Below are positions 11,015-23,503 of a stretch of DNA of 64,000 nucleotides, piece after piece. The notes under the pieces are model-generated. The model worked only from the letters and a program-made list of their open reading frames with translations, did not search any database and was not told the DNA's origin. The stretch comes from Octopus sinensis. Taxonomy: Eukaryota. Each line of letters opens with the position of its first letter. Positions within the stretch are counted from its first letter, which is position 1. A program made the position numbers and the translations under genes. Location of the stretch: the NCBI RefSeq assembly GCF_006345805.1, contig NC_043008.1, positions 57,474,001 to 57,538,000 on the forward strand. Direction: 5' to 3'.

Positions 11015-13931
11015 TACATGTAAGTTCTCTAGACATCCTAGTGTTTGAGGCTATACTCATGAAGTAATGTAGGTATTTGATAGGGAGAACTCACGTATTC
11101 CTAATAATGAAGTTATCAGTAATCACGTAAGCAGCAAAAAAGACCAAGCCCGAAATAAAAGTAGAATTAAATTAACGGTAAACGCTAATCTAGAGTACAG
11201 GCCCAACAATCCAAATAGAAGCATTGACCAGAACATAGGTAATTCGGATAAGATTGAAGTAGATAAACCTAAGATGCACACAAATAAAAAAAAATAATGG
11301 TAATAAATAATAACTAACTCCGGTGAGATGAATAGTAATATTCTACGAACCCTAAATTTTATAAAAAAGATATATTATGGCTGAATATTCCTTTCAACTG
11401 TGCGATACAATCGGATTACAGAACAAATTCAAAGTGATTCTGGAAAAAAATTTCCCTATCTCTCATAGATATCATAGAATTATTTCTAGGAAAACAGTTA
11501 GGATTTCTTATTCAACCCTCCCAAATATGTCCACTTTAATAGCTAAAATTAATAATAACAACATTAAGCTAGCCAGGAAAGATAGAAATAAAAATAATAA
11601 TATCAGAATGAATACCAATAGCAATAACAATAATACTACCAACAATAAAAACAGCAATAGGAACTATCAAAACATAGGTGAAATTAGTAACCACAGAATG
11701 ACTAATAACATTAACATTAATAGTAATAATAACAATGCCGATATTAATAGAAGTAATATTGTTAATAATAGAATAGAAATAATATAAATAAGCTAATGGA
11801 GAAAATAAGGAGAATGAAAATATCAGTGATATCTATAACAATAATATGCAGTTGGATAAAAAGACTAACAATAATAATAACATTACGAATAATATAAGAA
11901 ATCTTGGTAGGACTTTACACCTAAATGATGAATCAGAAGGATCAATAAATAATAACAATACTTTAGATATCAGCACCAACTATAGAAATGATAATCAAAA
12001 TAATAGGAACCTTAAACATCTACCCAGGAATAATCCAAGGCCTGAAGTTGTTCCTCCTGTGTGTAAGTGTAGAATAAAATCAAAATGCCCGCACCTGGTC
12101 TATGTAGGGAAAATAATGTAATCTATAAATGTACCATATCCACGGAGAATAACAAATATTTTTACATTGGCTGTACAATTAATTTTTAGCCAGAGTTAGA
12201 AATCACATCTCGACTTTTAAATTACGTCATAAAGCTGGTACCACCACACTTTCAAACAAAATCTGGGAACTCAAAAATAATAATAAAAATTATACCCTTA
12301 ATTGGGAAATAGTTAGGAGAGCAATTCCGTATAAAAATAGTAGGGTTGGTTGTCAACTATGCTCCATGGAGACGTACGAATTCTAAAGCATAGTAAACAT
12401 AGAAACTTATTGAATAACCATATCGAATTAGGTCAAGTTTGTGTCCACGCTAAATTGAAGACTTTAAAATATTTTAAATGATTGGAATATCATAACTAGA
12501 TAGATAGATATAACTTGATTTCTACTAGTATAGCACTGCTTTAAGTAGATAACTAAGAGTTCTCACATTACAGTTATCTTTATCTTTTTCCTTATATCTG
12601 CATCAGTTTTTTGAGAACAGGGAAATGAATAGTACTTATTCGCTACTTAATTGAGGCTTTATTTAATTTCAAACTCACAATTTTTAAATTCTTAATTTTA
12701 AATCTTAATTGTAATATTTATTTTAATTCCTACTTAATCTAATTTAAATAGCATAACTCTAATAAATTATAATTAGTTACTGTAGCCACATAATTCTATT
12801 TCATAATTAAATAAATAAGGCTATTCCCTCGGTGATATATGATTGTCTTCATTATGATAGACAATCCCCTAACACCTTGTAAATAATCTTATAAGATTTG
12901 ACCTGTAGTCAGTCAATGTATGAATAATAACGACAACTCCTTAAGACAATAAAATGAATAAATGAAATAAGTAATTTTTTAATGACTTTTTGATAAGATT
13001 ATACTTAGATTTTCCTAATGTATTTTCTGGCGATTTTAGCATCTGACCCCTTAACCCCTGACTATGTTATCTCTTTAGATTCTCTTTAAACTCATAGCTG
13101 ATTTCAACAGCAATAAATTAACGGTTTACTGGTCAAAGAATATTTTCTCCTCTAGTTCCTAGATGCCTGTTGATTAAAACCAGACTTACAGTCTACTAAC
13201 TCTTCTGTATAACTAGAACCCTCTTTTTTCTTTTCCTTTTTTTCCCTTCTTTCCCTATTTCTTTCTCTTTTCTCTTTTTTCTTTTTCTTTTTTTTCTTCT
13301 TCTTATTCTCTGTTTCCTTTTCTCTTCTCTTTTAGTCCCCCTTCCCGCCCCCCCTTTTTGCTCCCTCCTCCATTATTTTCTCTCTTTTCTTCTATTCCCT
13401 TCTCTATTCTTGGCCGATCTAGTAAGCCCTTCAGCCTTTAAGAGTTAAATAGCTACAGCCTCTTGTGAATAGCAGTAATGTGATTAATGTGGCAAATACC
13501 TAATCATATGACAAGGATTGATACCTACCTCATTGTGTTCAACTATGTAAAAATTTATCGCCTGTGAATATGAAATTCATCTCCATTTCTCTGGAAATTT
13601 ACATCTACACCATTAGAATCTGTGCATATATACAAAGGATTAATTCACCCTCTCTGTAATGCTAATAAGCAGGAATTAAGACCCACCTCGTTGTAATTAA
13701 CAATGGATAAATTTGTCTTCTGTGAGTATATAATCCCTCATCATATCTATGGAAATTCATATGGATTAGGTCACCTTCTCTGTGATGCTATCAAAACTTT
13801 TTTAAAATTCTGTGATAAGACTGTACATCATCTTTAAAGAACTTTAATGAACTTTAGAAATCTGTTTAAATACCTACATTACTTCATGAGTATAGCCTCA
13901 AACACTAGGATGTCTAGAGAACTTACATGTA

Positions 13932-14022
13932 TTTTAGCTGATGAGTACGGGACTCGTTTATATGCTGTAATCTTTGCAACTTTTAATAAAACCTGTCCTT
14001 GTATGAAACGATCGTACTAAAA
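13932..14022 (+). ncRNA. Type I hammerhead ribozyme in PLE pLTR
   Basis: Stem I ttttag/ctaaaa; CTGATGA 13938-13944; stem II gtacgggac/gtccttgtat; GAAA 14005-14008; palindromic stem III cgatcg; GUA cleavage triplet. Confidence 0.88.
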
Positions 14023-14224
14023 ACCTATCCATTCTTGTTGCTTCTTTCTCGCTTATAATCACCCCACATTACTGTATTGTTAAATCAGTATAGTTTTTTT
14101 TGGTGCATCTAAGTTAGGTACCATATTCAAGTAAATTTTTTAAATTAACTTGAATCTTTATTGCTCTTTGAATATATTCCCATACAGTCTGTATGTTTTT
14201 CTGGTACTTAATTTCTCAACAAGA

Positions 14225-17058
14225 ATGGAAAAAGTAAACATTGAGTTCTCCCCTAAAGACATCCCCTTACATAGTATAGATGAATATAATTGGCTTCTCA
14301 TTCATAGGATTAACGATTTCATTAGAAGAATCAGGTGGAAAACGTACCATTTTGATGTCAAACAGAAGAAGAAACCTCAGGAAATGAATACCGAAAAGAA
14401 TTTTAGAAGAATTTTTAAAAGTAGAAAAAGCCCACCTCAGAACCCATTCCTGGAGAACTTTGAGAAAGACTTGCTGAATCTTATAGATGATATTAGCTTC
14501 AATGAACACCCGTTAAGGTATAACCCTCACCTTAGACACCTTAGGAACTTTATTCAGTCAACCCGGTGCAAACATGGAATCCTAGTACCAGCAGATAAAA
14601 CGGGTAATATGTATAGAGTTGATTACGATATTTATAGCAAATTAATTAGGAAAGAACTAAACTCCAAATATAAAATTACAACTAAGAACAATTTGAAAAA
14701 AGTAAACATGGAAATGAAAGAGATCATGGAGAAACTAAATTTAACAGATAGAACGGAGCCACTTATACCCTGCGAGCCCAGGATCAACCTTAAAGACCAC
14801 AAAAAGGACTTCTTGAATAACCCGTCGGTAAGGCTGATCTGTCCAACTAAGTCGGACATTGGCCGACTTAGTAAATCCATCCTGGATACTGTTCTACCCC
14901 AAATAACCCCTCTTCTCCCCTTAAACCTATGGCTAAGTACCGACGAAGTTCTAAAATGGTTTAACTCTCTAACTAATACTAGTAGTCTGTCCTTTATTCA
15001 GTTCGATATTAATAGTTATTACTCTAGCATTTCCCCTATCTTACTCAACAAATCACTAATATTTGCCATGAATCGCTCCCTCATAACTAGAGAAGAACAA
15101 TATTGTGCTACTAGCTAGGAAGACATTTATTGAATTTGAAGATAATTATGGACTAGAGCAGATACACCAAATTTTTTTGATATACCAATGGGTTCCAGTG
15201 ATTCGGCTGAGGTAACCAACCTAGTAGGCGCATATCTATTAAAATGCATAAGCAAGGATATCCCAGAAATACAGGGGGGTCTATATAGGGATGATGCTCT
15301 GTTGTTATCCCTAGTAATAATAAATCTGTTATAGAAAGGATTAGAAAGAAAATTAATAAGTTCTTTAAGGACTTCAACCTCAGTATAACGTATGAACCAG
15401 GCACTAAAATAGCTAATTTCCTAGATATTACCCTAGACCTTAACTCCAAGCTACATACACCCATTTAGAAAGGAAGGCGAAGTCACGAATTACGTAAATA
15501 ATTATCAAATCATCCCCCAAATATAATAGAATCTTTAGTAAGAAATATTTCATTAAGAATTTCAAAATTATCATCCAATAAGGATATATTAACTCCCATT
15601 CTGAGCATTATAATGCGGCGTTAACTAAGGCTGGATACAACCAAAAGATTACATTCGTTGATAGGGAGAACTCACGTATTCCTAATAATGAAGTTATCAG
15701 TAATCACGTAAGCAGCAAAAAAGACCAAGCCCGAAATAAAAGTAGAATTAATTAACGGTAAACGCTAATCTAGAGTACAGGCCCAACAATCCAAATAGAA
15801 GCATTGACCAGAAATAGGTAACTCGGATAAGATTGAAGTAGATAAACCTAAGATGCACACAAATAAAAATAAAAATAATGGTAATAAATACAATAACTCC
15901 GGTGAGATGAATAGTAATAATTCTACGAACCCTAAATTTTATAAAAAAGATATATTATGGCTGAATATTCCTTTCAACTGTGCGATACAATCGGATATAC
16001 AGAACAAATTCAAAGTGATTCTGGAAAAAAATTTCCCTATCTCTCATAGATATCATAGAATTATTTCTAGGAAAACAGTTAGGATTTCTTATTCAACCCT
16101 CCCAATATGTCCACTTTAATAGCTAAAATTAATAATAACAACATTAAGCTAGCCAGGAAAGATAGAAATAAAATAATAATATCAGAATGAATACCAATAG
16201 CAATAACAATAATACTACCAACAATAAAAACAGCAATAGGAACTATCAAAACATAGGTGAAATTAGTAACCACAGAATGACTAATAACATTAACATTAAT
16301 AGTAATAATAACAATGCCGATATTAATAGAAGTAATATTGTTAATAATAGAAATAATAGAAATAAGGCTAATGGAGAAAATAAGGAGAATGAAAATATCA
16401 GTGATATCTATAACAATAATATGCAGTTGGATAAAAAGACTAACAATAATAATAACATTACGAATAATATAAGAAATCTTGGTAGGACTTTACACCTAAA
16501 TGATGAATCAGAAGGATCAATAAATAATAACAATACTTTAGATATCAGCACCAACTATAGAAATGATAATCAAAATAATAGGAACCTTAAACATCTACCC
16601 AGGAATAATCCAAGGCCTGAAGTTGTTCCTCCTGTGTGTAAGTGTAGAATAAAATCAAAATGCCCGGCACCTGGTCTATGTAGGGAAAATAATGTAATCT
16701 ATAAATGTACCATATCCACGGAGAATAACAAATATTTTTACATTGGCTGTACAATTAATTTTTTAGCCAGAGTTAGAAATCACATCTCGACTTTTAAATT
16801 ATGTCATAAAGCTGGTACCACCACACTTTCAAACAAAATCTGGGAACTCAAAAATAATAATAAAAATTATACCCTTAATTGGGAAATAGTTAGGAGAGCA
16901 ATTCCGTATAAAAATAGTAGGTTGGTTGTCAACTATGCTCCATGGAGACGTACGAAATTCTAAAGCATAGTAAACATAGAAACTTATTGAATAACCATAT
17001 CGAATTAGGTCAAGTTTGTGTCCACGCTAAATTGAAGACTTTAAAATATTTTAAATGA
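14225..17058 (+). pseudogene. PLE polyprotein: RT, Asn-rich linker, C-terminal GIY-YIG endonuclease; broken by several 1-bp indels
   Basis: FIRRIRWK, PADKT, QFDINSYYSSI, PMGSSDSAE, GLYRDD (15277-15294), SNHPP, CKCR..CP..GLC, NVIYKC...YIG, CQLC. Confidence 0.9.
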
Positions 17059-18515
17059 TTGGAATATTCATAACTAGATAGATAGATATAACTTGATTTC
17101 TACTAGTATAGCACTGCTTTAAGTAGATAACTAAGAGTTCTCACATTACAGTTATCTTTATCTTTTTCCTTATATCTGCATCAGTTTTTTGAGAACAGGG
17201 AAATGAATAGTACTTATTCGCTACTTAATTGAGGCTTTATTTAATTTCAAACTCACAATTTTTAAATTCTTAATTTTAAATCTTAATTGTAATATTTAAT
17301 TTTAATTCCTAACTTAATCTAATTTAAATAGCATAACTCTAATAAATTATAATTAGTTACTGTAGCCACATAATTCTATTTCATAATTAAATAAATAAGG
17401 CTATTCCCTCGGTGATAATATGATTGTCTTCATTATGATAGACAATCCCCTAACACCTTGTAAATAATCTTATAAGATTTGACCTGTAGTCAGTCAATGT
17501 ATGAATAATAACGACAACTCCTTAAGACAATAAAATGAATAAATGAAATAAGTAAATTTTTAATGACTTTTTGATAAGATTATACTTAGATTTTCCTAAT
17601 GTATTTTCTGGCGATTTTAGCATCTGACCCCTTAACCCCTGACTATGTTATCTCTTTAGATTCTCTTTAAACTCATAGCTGATTTCAACAGCAATAAATT
17701 AACGGTTTACTGGTCAAAGAATAATATTCTCCTCTAGTTCCTAGATGCCTGTTGATTAAAACCAGACTTACAGTCTACTAACTCTTCTGTATAACTAGAA
17801 CCCTCTTTTTTTCTTTTTCCTTTTTTTCCCTTCTTTCCCTATTTCTTTCTCTTTTCTCTTTTTTCTTTTTCTTTTTTTTCTTCTTCTTATTCTCTGTTTC
17901 CTTTTCTCTTCTCTTTTAGTCCCCCTTCCCGCCCCCCCTTTTTGCTCCCTCCTCCATTATTTTCTCTCTTTTCTTCTATTCCCTTCTCTATTCTTGGCCG
18001 ATCTAGTAAGCCCTTCAGCCTTTAAGAGTTAAATAGCTACAGCCTCTTGTGAATAGCAGTAATGTGATTAATGTGGCAAATACCTAATCATATGACAAGG
18101 ATTGATACCTACCTCATTGTGTTCAACTATTGTAAAATTTATCGCCTGTGAATATGAAATTCATCTCCATTTCTCTGGAAATTTACATCTACACCATTAG
18201 AATCTGTGCATATATACAAAGGATTAATTCACCCTCTCTGTAATGCTAATAAGCAGGAATTAAGACCCACCTCGTTGTAATTAACAATGGATAAATTTGT
18301 CTTCTGTGAGTATATAATCCCTCATCATATCTATGGAAATTCATATGGATTAGGTCACCTTCTCTGTGATGCTATCAAAACTTTTTTAAAATTCTGTGAT
18401 AAGACTGTACATCATCTTTAAAGAACTTTAATGAACTTTAGAAATCTGTTTAAATACCTACATTACTTCATGAGTATAGCCTCAAACACTAGGATGTCTA
18501 GAGAACTTACATGTA

Positions 18516-18606
18516 TTTTAGCTGATGAGTACGGGACTCGTTTATATGCTGTAATCTTTGCAACTTTTAATAAAACCTGTCCTTGTATGAAACGATCGTA
18601 CTAAAA
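18516..18606 (+). ncRNA. Hammerhead ribozyme, second pLTR copy
   Basis: Same sequence as 13932-14022, offset 4584 bp. Confidence 0.88.
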
Positions 18607-18749
18607 ACCTATCCATTCTTGTTGCTTCTTTCTCGCTTATAATCACCCCACATTACTGTATTGTTAAATCAGTATAGTTTTTTTTGGTGCATCTAAGTTA
18701 GGTACCATATTCAAGTAAATTTTTTTAAATTAACTTGAATCTTTATTGC

Positions 18750-18780
<31 letters not shown>

Positions 18781-19374
18781 AAGAATTAGATATACGCACA
18801 TATATAGATATAAAATATAGAGGAGATTGAAAATGCAAGTCATAGGCAGTCAAGCAGAATCCCAAACGCGTAAATGAAGATATTTAATCATTGTAATTGA
18901 ATCGTATATATTTATACACACCAACATAAATCGTGCATGTACAGGCGTAAAGATTCTCCGAGGGTATAGAGAGTAAAACCAATCATACATAAAAATTTAG
19001 AAGAAATATAAAACCATATAAAAATACATATAAAATTGAATATAAATAAAGGTTACATGTATAGTGTTATGCACGATAAATATAGGAATAAAAATGCCAA
19101 CCTTCAAAATGGCAAAACGCCTAAATCATCTAAAAATTCCTTATATATCTAGGGTATAAGGTAGAAATGATGCAAGATATCAAGGTTAAAAAATAAATAA
19201 AATAGGAGGGTGTTCCATGTATGGCTGTTTCAGAGGTACATTACCAGTTAGGGTTAAAAATTAAGTGCACCATGTGTACAAAGTCCTCATCATCAAGATG
19301 ATGTCCTCCTTGGTGGCTTAATCAAAATAACACAAAAACAAATATTTTAACATCCTGTGATTTTGAATACTAGG

Positions 19375-21199
19375 TTCACTTTTATCACCAGTTAAGGAAA
19401 ATCAAAGGAGGCGACTGCTTCCTCTGCCTCAGCCTGGCTACTGCCCTACCAGGTTAAAGACATCATCTCCTGTTGCTCTTTCCTTTAATTCACAACAAAA
19501 GAGAAACTGACTTATGATTTTACCACTTCTAATGATTCGCAAAAAGGAAATTAGTTGCTTTGTTTCTGATGTCTGTACTTTCATTGATATGTAAGCCCAC
19601 AAGTTTTTGAGTTCATTTTTTTTGCTTCAGTGAAATGTTTGCAGAGTTGATCATCAATATCTTGCAAAATGTCTTAAATTTTACAAGAAATCGTCTCGGC
19701 AGATAAAAGAATGGTCTTAATTTGTTTGACTAATCATTGTGCCAGCTGTGATATCCAAGGCTGGTAAATAATGTTTTCGGCATCAGAAAGATTTTTGTTT
19801 CTTTTTGCCAAATGCTGGTCAATCTTGTAACTAGCTGAGTGAAATTTCTTCAGCCTTTTTTGATTGGATTTTAAAATTATTTTTTACCATCTCAAAGTAT
19901 TATTTTGGTTTGTCTTCATGTTGTGGATGATTTGTTACTAAATGACGCTGAAGTTTCCTGGGAATCATTGCTTCTGTTAAACAAATCATACAAAAAGGAA
20001 ATGGGTTGTCTTTTTCCTGATATTTCATTTCATTTCATTTGAGTTTGAGTCCATGCTCAGGCCAAGTCGAAGACTCCACCCTCAGAGTCTGGTGTGGTTG
20101 CCAGGTTGTATTCTGTTTAATTTTGACATGTGTAGGAGCGAGTTTGAGTCAGTTTGTGCTTGTTGTGTATATCCTGGTGCTTAAGTATCTATCCAGCTGC
20201 AATTTGAATGATTCGAATGATTCCACACTGCATTCTGATAGATTTCTGACATGTACCGGAATGGAGTTGAATAGTTGTGCTCCTCGAACCAACAGACTTG
20301 ACTCTCGCAGGGTTTTTGCTGCCTGGCCAGCCTTTTTGTTGATTGGTGGTAGCTGGCAGTGTCGTCTGTGGCGCAGTGAGTGGTAGGTTTTGATACCAAA
20401 GTTTGGCACCTTTTGCTCTATCATTTTCCAAATGTATATAATTCAGTATCGCTCAAATCTTCTTTCTATTTGAGTACATCTTCAAGGTTTTGAGTCTTTG
20501 CCAATAGTCCAGGTCCCTCGTTTCTGAGAAGTATGAGGTAAAATTTCTTTGGAGTGATTCCATCTTAGATAGTTGGCCCTTTGTTGTTGGTGACCTATTG
20601 GATTTAATTTTTATATTTTCATTTTGATGAGGTGGACTTTTTATTTTGGTGTCCATCTTGTTTGCTATGACTCTCTTCCTCGGTTTTCTGAGGTCACAAT
20701 AAAAATCTGTCCATGTTTAGATCTAAAACTAAAAATCGATTAAAATTAACATAAAATAATTTATGTTAATTATAAATAAATCAAAAATTAAAAACTTCTA
20801 GGACTACTACACATCATGGATTCATCAATTTCCATGATGTGCCCAACCCCACCAATTTGGTACGGGTTATTGACAAGATTGTGACTAGTATTGAAACCAC
20901 TGAATAACAGTAGATTTGGCCAATCCAGTCAATTCTATTGATGATGATATTGGTAAGTTATTACTCCAAGAATATATTACATGTATGAAGTCATGTACTT
21001 ACAGACAATCCAAGTTCAAATGCAGAAAAGTAATATATTATAGCAAAACTGCTGTTCGTCGTGGAAATTAATTTATATTTATCATATTTTATGAATTATA
21101 TAATTAATTTATATTTACGCTCAAACTTTGTATCGAGCAAAGTTGTTTCCTGAAAATACCAAAAATATTTTCCGTGGCACACAGTTTGCAGATACCGGG
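19375..21199 (-). mobile_element. hAT transposon (Charlie/ZBED5-SCAND3-like), 5' part, interrupted by a CR1 LINE
   Basis: MDRFL start near 20715; PFCMIC..EAMIPRKLQRHLVTNHP...KP..YF; NESTDIRNKA. TIR-like ccggtatctgcaaactgtgtgccacgg on minus near 21199. Confidence 0.75.
20025..20600 (-). mobile_element. CR1/L2-group LINE 3' fragment with (AATGA)n-type tail
   Basis: MESLQRNFT...LDYWQRLKTLKMYS, IIYIWKMIE, RGAQLFNSIPVHVRN..FKLQLDRYLS. Confidence 0.8.
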
Positions 21200-21720
21200 T
21201 TACAGAGAAAAAGCAACAAGCAAATTTCATATCTGCACATTTTCTGATTTTCATTCAAATCATGTGGTGCCCTTTGTTGAGCTTTTTCGATTTTCCAATT
21301 GCATGCAAATGGTTGCAGGGAGTTTTCTGACTAATTTGAAGTTCTTTTGACAGTGTCTCGAATGGCTTTATGTGGATCTTTCTCGACGACAGTCTTTAAT
21401 TGACTATCATCAATGACAGATGGGTGTCCACTATGCTTATGAACTTCAAGGCTCAGGTCTCCACTGCAAAATTGTTTAAACCATTTTCAAGCTGACCACT
21501 CACTGATCATTTCCTTACCAAACGTTTCTTCATTGATACTGAGAGCAGTTTCAGTTGCTTTACATCCTTTTTTGAAGTTGAATAGCAAAATTGATTGAAT
21601 ATCGCACATTGACAGTTCCATTTCAGATGATTGTAACCTGCAGCAGTGTGAATTTATTTATTTATTAATGCATTTGGGCAAGTCTATGTTTGTATTATCA
21701 GACAATTGCCAAAAAAAAAA
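21200..21720 (-). mobile_element. mariner transposase 5' remnant
   Basis: WFKQFCSGDLSLE..HSGHPS (mariner HTH WF..F..G...L....SGRP). Confidence 0.65.
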
Positions 21721-22258
21721 AGTTTAAAAAATTCAAAACTGCAAAAATCTGGTACAAATTTTTTTTATGGTTCAAAGCGTTGCTTACTTTTTACTCTACT
21801 TGATATCTTCTATCTTTGAGGCATATTGGGAGGTGCTTTTATGAGGCAGGGCAGATTCAGACAGATTATTATGTGGAAAGGATGCACTAAATAGAAATAA
21901 TTTTGCATGTATTGTATATTTCCAGTTGACATTTCGTAACAACTTAGAGAGAGAAATGCCTGACAGTCCAATATGTCAAACATTTCAGACATTTACGTTT
22001 AGTATGTTCCACATAAAGTCATGAACTTTAGAAGAAGTGACCGACTGACTTATTAGGCCGATCGATCACTTCCTTTTTTTTGCATTGCTCTTTTTTTTTT
22101 TTTTAATATTTATTAATAAAGATTTGACATAAATGTTAAAAGCATCTTTAAGATATTACAAATTATGTAATAAAGAATAGAAATATCAATTTTTATATTA
22201 TCTCGAGGATGTTACAAAGTATATAATGAAAGATAAAATGAAAAAGTAATATGAAAAT

Positions 22259-23100
22259 TATTCATTCAATGGTTCTGGTGATGGAGCTGCTCTATTTGAA
22301 TTCATCATTTTGCGGTATTTGCACCATTTTGGTGTTTCTCCTCATCCTTGTTCGTTGCCGGAATCTGAGGAGTTGTCGAGCTTGATAGTGTCCCCACTTC
22401 GATCAGGAGACGGAGTCCGAAGTCTGTCTCGTCTTTGTCTACTTTGTTCTCGCAGTATTTCATACTCTTCTACAATATTAACAAGATTATCATCGCTTGA
22501 CGATTCATCGTCATTGAGTTCACGAAAACAAAGTTCATAAAATAGGATATTCCAAATAAAAGGATTTATTTTTTTCTTAACGTATCTTAGGAATGGAGAT
22601 GCACAGTTGAATGTATATTCAGTATATCTTGTTATAAATGCAATTTTTTCTGCTAATGGTGCATTTTGGTCAAATTTGTTATTAGAGGTTATAATTAACG
22701 GAGTTCTATGTACAACTTGGTCTTGTTTGAATTTTACTGATACCTCTGTGTCAGTTCCCTCTGCTAATTTTTTGAATGTTTGCAACGTTTCAAGAGTGAA
22801 GTTGGGTTCTTCAATGAGTCCGATTTCAATGTTTGAGATTTTGGAATGGAAAACTACTGGTGCCTTTTATGGTGCTGACATGTGTGAACATGTCGGCTAT
22901 GCTTCTTGCAATCATAGTCTTACCCGTATTAGGTAAGCCTCTTAGAACTAAGAGGTTTCTTTTAGGTTTTTTTCTTGTTTAAAAGTTCCCAAACATTTTC
23001 AACGAATAAAGGTTCTGAGATATCTTGCGTCGTTAAAATTGATTTGAATTTGTAATATTACTTTAACGATGTGCTTGTCTGGTTCTACCGACTCTCGTTA
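22259..23100 (-). pseudogene. NS1: Endogenous parvovirus element: NS1 SF3 helicase, C-terminal half
   Basis: Minus strand reads KPKRNLLVLR-GLPNTGKT (Walker A, 22916-22939)-MIARSI...SSFPFQNL / NIEIGLIEEP (Walker B)...FKKLAEG...VSVKFK...RTPLIITSN (motif C). About two frameshifts and one probable premature TGA at 22342. Confidence 0.9.
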
Positions 23101-23500
23101 TTTCATAATTACATAAACCCTGTGGCCATTTGCATAAGTTTGTTTTGGCAGAATTACTTATAGTAGCGTTATCTGTACCCCAGGCCATCCATCCCATTGT
23201 TTGTGGACTACCAGATATATATTCTATCTATTCTATATACATATTCAATCTATTTCTGAGTGATATGTTATTGTTACCATAAATGAAATTTTTGCAGGTT
23301 GATTTTGTGAATCTAAAATTGGTATGGCATCTAAAGTAGCTATTGGTGGAGGATTTGAAGGATTTATAGGAAATTGTGTTAAATGTGATCTTCCAGTATT
23401 TTCTTCTTCGTCTGTTTTATCTACTGCTAGATCTTTACTCCATGAACCGTCTTTAGTAGGTGCCCACTGACTTTTTTTAGCACCGAAATAAGTGTTTATT
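23100..23500 (-). pseudogene. Probable parvoviral capsid (VP) C-terminal fragment
   Basis: PPPIATLDAIPILDSQNQPAKISFMVTITYHSEI resembles the terminal jelly-roll strands of denso/hamaparvovirus VPs. Adjacent to NS1, similar composition, no TE motif. Confidence 0.55.
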
Positions 23501-23503
23501 TCG

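Larger units (their letters stand above)
10893..18753 (+). mobile_element. Young Penelope-like element (Naiad-type) in partial-tandem form with inverted 5' pLTR piece, inserted in (TA)n
   Basis: 11079-14169 is a near-identical direct repeat of 15660-18753. 10894-11078 is the reverse complement of 13868-14052. (TA)n tracts on both flanks. Confidence 0.92.

Noticed and set aside
16630-17058. Selenocysteine recoding as reported for some Naiad PLEs
   Set aside because: The conserved Cys positions are encoded by TGT/TGC, not TGA.
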